Assembly: GCA_047495785.1 (NCBI GenBank)
Contig: JBLDXI010000055.1
Span: 682,001-746,000 of the forward strand
Origin: Lepidodermella squamata
Lineage: Eukaryota > Animalia > Gastrotricha
Direction: 5' to 3'
DNA length: 64,000 nt
Below are positions 40,781 to 51,321 of the stretch, in pieces; the first letter of the stretch is position 1, and the number at the start of each line of letters is the position of its first letter. The notes beneath the pieces are model-generated. The model searched no databases. It saw nothing but the letters and a program-made list of their open reading frames with translations, and was not told where the DNA came from. A program made the translations under genes and the position numbers.

Positions 40781-42308
40781 CTAATCGCTGAAAGTAGAAG
40801 CAGGAGCTATGACAAGCCCACTGCCAGCATCGCCGCTTCGCCGACTCGGCGGGAAGGGCGCGCTGTTTGTGGCCTGCTTAGCCTGCTTCATCATGCCGCC
40901 GAACATTTTGTTGAGCAGAAACGCCTTCGCACTCTGCTTGCCGCTATCACTATTATTACCGCTGCTGTTACTATTACCAGACGGTTGTTGACCGCCCGAG
41001 TTCTGCCCAGGCCCTGTCGATTCGATATTAGGCTGGGACTGATTTTTCATCATCGCAGACGCTCCTTCACCGGTCGCGCTGTTAATATCAGACAAGTTTT
41101 TGTTATTATGCTTGTTACTATTGCTTTTGTGGTGATGTAAGCCGCTCGACGTCGCGGCCGAATCTCCGACAAAGTGGTGCTGACTCTCCAGCCGCTGCTG
41201 CGTCACCTGTTGCTGTTGTTGCTGCTGGTGACGTTCTTGTTGCTCTTGCTGCTGCTGTTCAATCAACTGAGCCGATGATACGATCGACGCCGCTGCTACC
41301 GTCGTCAACAGCCGCATCCTGGCCAACCGGATAAAGCCGTACATACACCGTTGAACGTCATCCGGTGAATTAGCCGTTGAGAGTTCATAAAATACTAAAT
41401 CATTCTTTTGATCAGAATAATTCTCGGCTGAAAGATGAAAAAAAATAGGTTTGAATTTAATTATTTTAATTATTTTTTACCAGTCTTCGAGTCGACTTCT
41501 CGAAAGTGCTCGAGATCTGCCTTGTTACCGAGCATCATAATCACCGGTTTGTTACAAATTTTTTCATATGACGAGCTGTAATATTCACATATTTGTTTCC
41601 GCATTTCCTAAAAATAAATTAAAATGACTCGCTGAATTACGGACATTTTTCCGAAAAATTACGCGAATAACTTGAAAACTGCGATTTGAGGTAATAGAGT
41701 AGACGAGGATGAACGCATCGGCCCAAGCTACGATGTTTTCATTTAACCGGAAGTTGACAATGGACTGGCCCTTGCTGTTAAGATCGCGATCTCGACTGCC
41801 GCCAGTCCCAATCAGCGTCGGCAGAGAAGAATCCAAAATTTGCAGATTAATCACCTCGCCGTCGACGGATATACTGCACTTGTAACGAGCTTCTACAAGC
41901 CAGAGAATTCATTAGCAAAATTGAAAAATAAGTTAAGGAGGACTAACCAATTCCCCGGCAGTACTCGCCGATGAAGCGACGAGTAAGAAAGCGCACGATG
42001 AAAGCTGTTTTTCCGACGCCATTGAAGCCCAAAATAGCGACTTTCAGCTCGTTCGACGCTGAATAAGCATTGCCGGAACCGCCAACCGGCGGCGGTGAAA
42101 CAGCGCCACTGGTCGATTTTTTCCGCCCCATTGGCGGCAAACCACTGCCGGCTGGCGATTGGTTGTCAGCCAAGCGTGACAGTTGTGACTCAGTCTTCGA
42201 TTGAGCCATCTCGTCGTTAGGAGTCATAGCGACGGGTGAGACTGAGCTTGACAGTTGATGCTTTAACCGAGTTTGTGCATTCGACGGCTGGCGTGACAAG
42301 GCTGGCAT
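40781..42308 (-). CDS. Second RERG/RASL-family small GTPase with Q/N/S-rich extensions, 4 exons
   Basis: [47 protein letters not shown] and FYELSTA motifs, with a polyQ C-terminal tail. The first ATG after an in-frame TGA is at 42308. Confidence 0.85.
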
Positions 42309-43548
42309 CGGCGGCGGGCCCTGATCGTAGGGCACGATCGCCAGATCCGCTGCGCCTGGCAGCGAGGACAGGGGTGATTTGGCCGTCTTTCACTCCGTAA
42401 TTATGATTACCTAGAATCTTTTAAAACTGAGATTCAAAAAGTGTTTTAAAGCTTAAAAAATGTTGATGTGAACTATGAGAGCAAAATAAGTATCAATCTT
42501 GAGAGCCCAGAGTCCGTTTTTCTACAACTGCTCCGAATTTGAAAACTGGCCACGATAGGAACGCACCAAACTTGTACCAAGTGTAACAAAAGAAATGGCT
42601 CTAGCACATAGTAAAATGGTGAGTCCGTTATTCTTCTGTTAGAAAGTACGACGTTGCTAATAGTAAACGTAAGTGATACGATGGTTAGTCAGCTCGGTAT
42701 TGCGAAAAAAACAAAAATAATCGTTTTTATTGTAAGTCGTTACCTCGATAAATCGTTCATCCTGGATCCTGTATGTAACGTTGTTTCACGAGCGCGTGAT
42801 TCTTGCGTGTTTTTTGCGTCTTTCGTCGTCTGCTGATTACGGCGCCGGCCATGGCTGCGAAACGGTAGACTACTGATATGGTATTTACATTATACAAGCC
42901 GTCGTGTTTATCGCTCGATCTGGCGCCACTACGGCGGCAGCGGGCGGATCATCCTAGCGTATTATAGCTACAACCCGAGTTTTTCTACGATTTATTTACT
43001 CCTTCGCAATAAAATGGCTCATGATCCAACCGTTGATCAATTATTACCTCCTTGCCGAACTACTAAACTGCCGAAGAAGGCGGCTACGGCAATATATACT
43101 GATTCGCTGGACAGTAAAGCCCACGAACTGCGATAAGGGTTTCGCGCCAAATTTGGGTGCAATTACAGTCGAAATAGGTGCGTTCATACACTGCATGTGA
43201 TAATTACCGAAAAGTGCGATTTTCATATCAGGAAAACTGCAAAAACGTGAGAAGCTTTCCTCAAAATTTTATTGTCTTAATACGAAAACAAAAAATGAGA
43301 CAATGACAAAGTTTTGATTAATCAATCGCTTTTCAAGATTCGATTTTCTTTCCAGTATTCAGCAGAGCATTTCAAGGAACGGCAATATGCAGCAATAATT
43401 GCATTACATGTACGATTATACAAAAAGGGAAGAGCTTCAATAAAATCATCATCATCATTGCACCGAGAAAAGTATAAAAAATCGTTGTTTATCCTTTCAT
43501 TTCCGATCCGAATAGCCGTCATGGATGATTGCTGACATAATTACATTT

Positions 43549-45817
43549 TTAGCCTCCACACGCTGGTACGAAGGTCCAATAGCGTCGATGTGTGCAGAAC
43601 GAGGTGTGCCATGACGTGTTATGCCCTGATTGACACGCAATCCTTGTAGAAAAATAAAATAAAAATAAATAAATATTGGGAATGGTTTCAGATTGTTGGA
43701 AAACCCAAACACCAAGAGGAGAGATGGAAAGAAAGAGAAATGAAAGAAAATAAAAAAATAATGTCGAGTTATGATTCACTTCCTTGAAAAAAGCTGCTGC
43801 GTGCATCGAAAAATAATTAAGCGAAAAGCTTGTCATGCCTTCGATTAGACACTACTCGTTACCTCACAAAGTCGCCCGGGCACGCTTGATCGGAAGTGAA
43901 TGAGCGGTAAACCACTGAAGCGCGGCGGCCTATGCGCGGACCAGTCGAAGTGCACGCCCGAGTGGCATCACAGCGTTGCCACTGCGTCGATGTTTTCTTG
44001 GAGCCCATCATCATCATCAACTTGCGGCTTGTTTCCTCTTCCTCAGTCTCTTCATCCCGAGTTCGCATCGACCCACCGCCCAGTTCGTTGGCGACTTTTT
44101 CGGAAATAGCTGGTGCGTTTTGGTGGTGATTTCGATAGTGGCGGTTGGACGAAGCGGTGTTGGAAGCCTCAATTTCACGCCTTGCATTCTGTGCCTGGAC
44201 GACTTCACCCATTGTGGCTACAGAGAAATCCTCTCGAGCTTTCATGCCCTCCCATGACGATTGATTCTTCGGTTTTTTCATTGGCTCATCAGATCGATCA
44301 AACTTGTGCTCGTTCATTTCCTTGTCCTTTAGATAATGCTGGTAATCGGGTATCCTAGGTGCTACGCTGATTGGCTCGGTCAATTGGGCCGATGAGCTGG
44401 TGACTAAAGCGGCCCATTCTTTGGCTGGAGGCGCGACTGGAGCCGGCGCCATCATTCTACGGTCACGCATGCCTGATAAATGGTTCGACATACCACCCCG
44501 ATCCGGCATAATCGCATCTCTCGCCTCCATCATAACACCCTGGTGTCGAGAATTTTGCGACATCATCTGCCGGTTATTGGTGTTGAAAGGCGGAGGGACT
44601 TGATACTGGTGATGAGCCCGAATAGATTGATTCGGCAGGCTTGAGTATGAAAGAGGCCGGCGAACTGGCGGGTAGAGCTGCTGGCGGGGTTGTTGTTGTT
44701 GCTGCGTATCAGCAGTCATCCAAGCCGACTTCTGGGTAAGTTGCCTCGTCGCGAAAGGCGAAACAGGTGCTACATTGCCATGCATTAACGCGTGGGAATA
44801 GGATGATGTATCCATTGTCAGGCTCAGCATTGATGACGCTTCGGTTCGAACTGGAGGCAAGGCTCGGGGTTGATGCTGAACGCGAACTACATTGGCTGGG
44901 GGCGGCAAATTGTCGCGTTGTTGCTGCTGCTGGTGTTGTTGCTGCATTTTGCGGGCGCGTAGTCGGACATTAGCATCAGAATTTTCGTCTTCAACAGCAA
45001 CTGGTCTAGCCTTATTTCCGCATTCAGGCGGCGAACCGCGCCATGATCGCGATTCCGATGTGCAGAAATAGTAAGCGTAATTTTTCCACCGAACAGCACC
45101 CTATAAATAAATAATGAAAATCGGTCATGCGAATCTCAGGACATTTTTAACTTTTGGCCCTGAAATTGTCGACAACTAACCTCAGCTTCATCAATGCAAG
45201 CATATTTAACCATATATTCGTTGACAACAATAAAAATCGTCCCAGGAATCTGCGGAGGAATACCGCAAGTTTTGACAACGGAATCCGCCCTACAAATAAA
45301 AGCGGGAATCAAATTAGGGGCCAAAGAAAAATTATAATTATCGGAACCTTGGTCTTGTTGCAGAAGGTGTTGTCAGCTTGTAAGGGTGAAGAGTCGCAAC
45401 TAGGTGGGTGTTTGGCGGCAAATGGTGAGGTGCCATTGGCCCGTCACTCAGTTGAATGCCAGTCAACGCATTTGCCGAAATCACAGCGGCGTCATCAACT
45501 TCGGCGCTGACAAACGTTTTTTCGCGCAAACTATTCGGCTGATCTGGCGGGAGTTTCACATTGACGCAGGTGAGGTTGACCCGAGACCAAACCAAGGTCA
45601 AACTATTGCAGCGTGAATAAGCGTGACCGCGATATGGGGAGAGGCAGTTGTATTTCGCCAGACCCGAGTTGATGAGGTACATTGACGCACCATCCAGCTG
45701 CGGTGGTGGGTCGCGGCAAGTCGCGGCTGTAGTCGATTTAGTCCGATTTGTCGCACATTCCGCAAGTTGTAACGCCAAGCTGAGAAGCGCAAGTAAACAG
45801 CTGATGATCTTTTTCAT
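43549..45817 (-). CDS. Secreted sushi/CCP-domain protein with Q/M/P-rich linker, 4 exons
   Basis: Signal peptide MKKIISCLLALLSLALQLAEC. Sushi 1: CRDPPPQLDG...YNC...C...W...C. Sushi 2: CGIPPQIPG...YAC|...C...WRGSPPEC. A roughly 350-aa low-complexity region follows, then a C-terminal Cys module ending FCTHRRYWTFVPACGG*. Confidence 0.75.
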
Positions 45818-47434
45818 GTTAAGCCTAAAAGTCGAGAGAGAGTAGGGTAGTAATTTAACGAAATCAAAATTGAGCGAAAATTTTGAAATGACGTGGTAAA
45901 ACGTAATATTTGACTTTTGGTATAAGCTCGAGTTAGCGAGGGCAAATGCGGCAAAAGGTGAAGAGTGTCGTTACGTGCGAGCTACGTAATATAATGATGA
46001 TTATGATGATTTTTAGTGCGCGAGCGCGAATCGCCCGAGGCCATCGCGAGAACACGCGCTCGGCGACTTGACGCTCGAGTTCGCTACCGAGACGCGCATT
46101 TGCGGGTCGCACGAGGTCAGCACCCTGTTCTCGAGCCGCGCGCGCGCGCGCTAACCGCACACACTGAGATACATGTGTAGGTACCTACCTAAAACCTACT
46201 CGCTGTACACCGCGATAATAATTGCAGATGCTCAAAACTGCCTGGTTTGTTTCAAAAGCAGCTAGATGTCGCGTATTCTTGTTGCCAAAACGATGCACTC
46301 AACTCTTTACAATTGTCGTATAATCAGAACATTTAATCTTTTATTTGTCGTAGTAGAAGCGCCACTCTATGCCTTATTTCACAGGCTGAAGCGCTCAGAA
46401 ATGCCAGCACGAGGAGTTATATCTTCGCCAGCGTATTCGTAGTTATTATACTAGCGTTGCGCACCACGTATCCGCTCTCACGCCGCCGACATGAAACTGA
46501 AAATTGCGGCTTGAAATTGAAATTAACGCCGACTCTCTACGAAACGCCGACGGGGAAATCTGCAAAAATTGCGATGAGCGCTAGCGTCGGTATGAACGGC
46601 AACGCCATGGAATTATGCTTTCGGCTGTTTTGACTGGGATTAGCCGCCGTTCCAGACTCATCGTCGCGTCGAAATCCTACCAACTACTTGAATCACGCAC
46701 GGAAACACTAATAGCAATCTGTCAATTACATTGGCACCTGGAAAAATGTGAGAGTTCCGTCAGATTTGATACAAGTGAATGTCTTCGCGAGATTTTTTCA
46801 TGTCTGGTCGGGAATTAGAATTCGCAAATCGAATTGGGCAAATAACAATGCAATAATTATCCATGACTACCACGGACATATCGGGCTATATTACCGCAGA
46901 CCGATAAAGGTCCCAATGTTTGAACATCAGTGGCGATGGTGAGAGTCCAAAGACTAAAACTATGAAATGAAATGCTTCGTAAGAGGCGCGACACACTCAA
47001 TACGGAATTCGCGTCCACCTTAAAATAATTAGGTGGCAGTCAGCTTAATAATTAACTCTTAATTGGATGAGAAATGAGGTCAATGAGGTTGAAGATGATA
47101 GTGCGGCCGCACGTGCGGCACAGTTGAGCACTTCTGCGAAGTAATCGACCACAATAACTACACCAACATTTCAGTGCTCTGCATTTCATGACAACAAAGA
47201 AAAGTCTATTCCATAGTACATATCGCTGGTACTTTGAAGACAATCTTTACCTTGTGAATATTCAAATGTTGCGAATCCATAATGAAAATATGAGCCACGT
47301 CTGCAGAGGCTTTTCCCCCTATTCGATGATTCATTATATATTTTTCACGACTACTCAATAGGAGTAACTTGACCACTTAATCTTGAATAAAAACCTCATT
47401 GGCTATTTAGTCTGAGGTTGATATTGATACACAC

Positions 47435-48164
47435 ATGAATCAATATCAAAGCAACGTAGCGGTCACTCTCTCGAACGAATTCCTCGCAGTTTGTGTTGAA
47501 GTTGCCTCTCTCCGAAAAATTGGTGTTTTAATTCTTTTCATTTTCAGGAGTTGAAATGTTCCATATGCCTGGATTTTTTCGAGGATCCGAAATTGCTGCC
47601 GGCGTGTCCCCATACATTTTGCCGCGATTGCCTGACTCAAATTCAACTACAGGCAGGGCTGGGAGTTCGTAAAATTGTTTGCCCACAATGCCGAGCCCCA
47701 AGCTTTTTATCTAAAGCCGGCGTTGTTGGTAATTATAGTCGACCTCTTTTTGCCTGTCAAAACATTGGGTTTTGTTAACAGCGTTCCAGCCGAATCTGGC
47801 CGTTGGGAAACTGGTTGCATTGCTGAAATCTGGAGATCAAGGCAGTCCAGGCCAACAATTGCCGCCGAATTACCCTGGAGCTTCGGCATTAGGCCGCTTT
47901 CCGTGCGGTCCCGGCTACCCGTCTGACCCATGGGTTCGTCCTGCACCGCCTCTAAAAATGCCATTGGCACCTAATTGTTATCTGCCGACGATTCCCTCTA
48001 CACCGGCCATTCAAAACGATAGTGATCGTTCCATGGAGACTTACCAGCTCGGCCATGGCGTCAAAAGTGAAGTACTACCGTCAGAAGCAGCTCCGACAAA
48101 TTTTCAAACTCAAAATTGGTTTCGCCAGCCAGTCCTATCTCCGTGGGATAAAATGAGCACATGA
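47435..48164 (+). CDS. RING-HC finger protein (TRIM-type RING plus Pro-rich tail), 3 exons
   Basis: ELKCSICLDFFEDPKLLPACPHTFCRDCL...IVCPQCR, spliced to AFQPNLAVGKLV and a Pro-rich tail. Confidence 0.8.
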
Positions 48165-48222
48165 TATTGAAAATTTTCATTCTTATTTTTTGGTTAATTT
48201 TGATTAGGGTTTAATTTATAAA

Positions 48223-50713
48223 ATGGCATTTCCTAACTTGGAGAAATTGGAGAAAATTTTGAAAGTGAGCCTCAGTTGCGTTTAAAGATTATTAATATTT
48301 TATTTTATTTTATTTTGTTATATCGGACCAGAGCCTTACTTGTCCGGTATGTGGCAGCTTGGTGGAAAATGCGAAAATTCTGCCGCAGTGCTCTCACACC
48401 TTCTGCGAGTCCTGTATCACCAGAATCGTATCGGAAAATTCCCTGAAATGTCCTTCTTGTCAAACTACTACGATAGTACTGCCTGAGAACGAGGTTCCAG
48501 GTAGTTGTCCTCCACCTTAAAAAAATGGCAATATTTCAGGAATTTATCCATCTTTTAGGACTGGAAGACAATTTTATGGTGAACGAACTGGTCAAATTTG
48601 TTCGAGGGCTCGAAGACAGCGGTTCTCGTGTGAAATCTTCCTCTGAAAACACCGATATTTGCCCACATTTTACCATCCCCGGCGATGATTCGAAATGCAG
48701 CCACTGCGGCGGAAATTTCTGTTACATTTGCAAGCCTTTGCACACTGAAGCGTTAAAAACTTCGATTGAAAAAGTCGCCTCGAAAATTTTGGATTTAGGA
48801 TCTTCTCTGCGTGTGAACTTGGAACCTTTGAAGTGCTCACTTGCCAGTAGCAAAATCGATCTGATCGCTAAGCTGAATGCAGCAAGTGATTCAGCGAAAT
48901 CGGAACTGGTTAAAGTGATTGAATGGCGAAAAAGGCGCGCAATACAAGCAATCAACGAAAAACACGATTATGCAGCCAAGTTCGTTAGTGATCTCGTTGA
49001 AACCTTCACAGAGTGGAAGAAATACGTCGAAAAAAGTCGAGAGGAAGTTACATCTTCGAGCAGTGTCGAGCAAATCGGCCGAATCACAGAATCGCTGGAT
49101 GCTTTGAACAATCTGGTAAGTTGAAACTATGAAGCTATGAACTGGCATTTCAGGGTCAAATTCCGACGTTTGGATCCTAATATTGGATCTAGATTATTTA
49201 GTTAAATTCTAGTTCCAGAAATTGGATGTAAAAATTAGCTCCAGAACCTAGATCCAGCTTTTGGATCCAAGAATTAGATCCAGATTCTGGAGCTTATGTT
49301 TTGTCATCCAATCCCTGGAACCAAAAATCTAGATCCAATATTTATATCTAATTCCTGGAGCTCAGGAACCTTTCAGCTCTTGAATTGTTAATTCAAATTT
49401 CAGGCAAGTTTGATTGAGAAACTGGAAACTGAAGGGGCTGGAAAACTGGTATCGGTGACGTCAATAGACTCGTTGATATCTTCATTTCTCAAGCTCGAAG
49501 ATCTCGTGAAGCTAGAAATCGGTTATGCCGATGGTCTCAGTACCACATCGTTCGGAAATCTCGAGCCGGGCAATCCTCCTGATACTCCTGTGCCGCGTGA
49601 AGACGTTAAGCGAGCAGCTTCGCCGAGATCCATCCATCGTAAACGCCGCTCCGGACAGTCAAGATCATCTACGAGATCTAGGTCGTCATCGGCTAAAAGT
49701 GAAAAGTTGAATTCCTCTTCAACCCTGGAGTATTCAGCCTTTTGCTTGGCAAAGGGATTCGACGACCTAATGGTGGCCTCGTTAACTGGAAATCCAGGTT
49801 TCATCGTAAGTCGAAGTCCTATCTTTTGCGCTCATAGACAAATTTGCTCTAGATTTTCAATTCAGATGGCGAGATAAGGGCTACAATCCGCCTGAAAACC
49901 TCCACAGATATGAATGTTTTCGACTTTGCTGTAGATCCACTGGATAAAAAGCTCTATTTCGCGGCTTACACTCGGTACGGTTCTGAGCGAACTCGCAGTC
50001 GACATATATTTTGGATTTCGCTACCTGAAACACTTGATGGCTCTACCTACCGCAAAACGCCGATACATTTTGCATCAGATCAAGGCGAAATGAATTCTTT
50101 TCACGGCATTGCAATAACTGAGCTAAACCGCCGTCTTGTCACTGCAAAAGGAAACGACGCTGTTGCCTACAGTCTAAACCAAGGCGGCAAAGATTTCGAT
50201 GGCGAAGCTAAGGTCATGAATCGGTGCTACGTTGGACCTAGGGTGCACCTAATGGCTGCTAATGACGCTAGCTTGGACCTAACCTACGCAACTTGTGCTT
50301 ATGGGGATAGCTTGCATCTGGTTACTGTTAAGTATTTGAGAGGCGCCTCGCCTTGTTCGCGAGTCTGGGGCCAAGTTGACCCTAACGGACCCCTTCAAGC
50401 GCTTCGATGGGTCCGTAAAGGCCATTTTGCTGTTGTTAACGATATAGCATTCGTCTTGAAAGGCTTCGATCTTCACGTTAGTAATTTCAAGTTTTGTTTA
50501 GCCATAATGCCCCTGTTTTTTTCACAGGTGTTCGAAAATTTTCCTTCGAATCCGGTGTTGAAGAAGAAGTATTCGCTTGACTGCGGCTGCAACGGGCCTA
50601 TCTGGCTAGCTGCGCAGCGAACAAGCGGCTCTATCGGGAAACCTGACGGATATTTCGTCGCTGTTTCAATCGCGAACCGAATCAAACTTTATTTTATTGC
50701 GGACGGATTCTAA
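48223..50713 (+). CDS. TRIM-like E3 ligase: RING, divergent B-box, coiled coil, C-terminal beta-propeller-like domain
   Basis: LTCPVCGSLVENAKILPQCSHTFCESCI...CPSCQ, then CPH...CSHCGGNFCYICKPLH, a helical region, an RS-rich linker and beta-rich repeats (FDFAVDPLDKKLYF, FHGIAITE). All introns are GT-AG and keep frame. Confidence 0.78.
49179..49342. repeat. Palindromic MITE-like element in a TRIM gene intron
   Basis: The left arm aatattggatctagatt...ttccagaaattggatg...agctccagaacctagatc matches the reverse complement of the right arm gatccagattctggagct...catccaatccctggaa...aatctagatccaatatt. Confidence 0.75.
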
Positions 50714-51321
50714 TGATGATGCTACCGCTAATTTTATTCTCTCCAGTTCGAAAAATAAATTGTTGCTAATAAAACGTTTACAGTACTTGCTCAGCATTGA
50801 TTTTGGTCACAGTGACCTCTTGAGGCAAGATTGTTTGTTGGAGAATTAGGATCCAGGAATGGCACCCGATCCGCATAACACGAAGGTTTTGCAGCATCAA
50901 AAAATGCATGCCTATACTGTTCCTCAATTTTTCGAATGTCACTAGTTTTAAGGTGCATTGGCGAAGTAGAATCTATTTGATATAATGTAGGAAATAATGA
51001 TTGAACTTGAATGACGAACACAACATACATCTTGCTAATTTCGCATGACGATATAGACTGAAAACCTACTTCAGAACATTGCAGCCCGCATGCAACCTTT
51101 CAGCTCAACTAATTTTATAACGAAAGAAAACGTCGGGCATTGTCGGGGTTCTCATTATATTCAATAAAATTCGTGCTTAGCTATCATGATAACAGGCGTG
51201 TCTGAGAATCCCAGGGCGGTGGTCTACATACCTTCGTCACACGACTAATTAGCCATCCAATGAAGCTCTCATCTTCAGTGAGTATTTCATTTCCTTAGAT
51301 TAATATTTTTTAATCATAACC

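Noticed and set aside
48208-48216. GGTTTAATT is identical to the start of nematode SL1
   Set aside because: A 9-nt AT-rich match with no following donor or Sm site; most likely chance.
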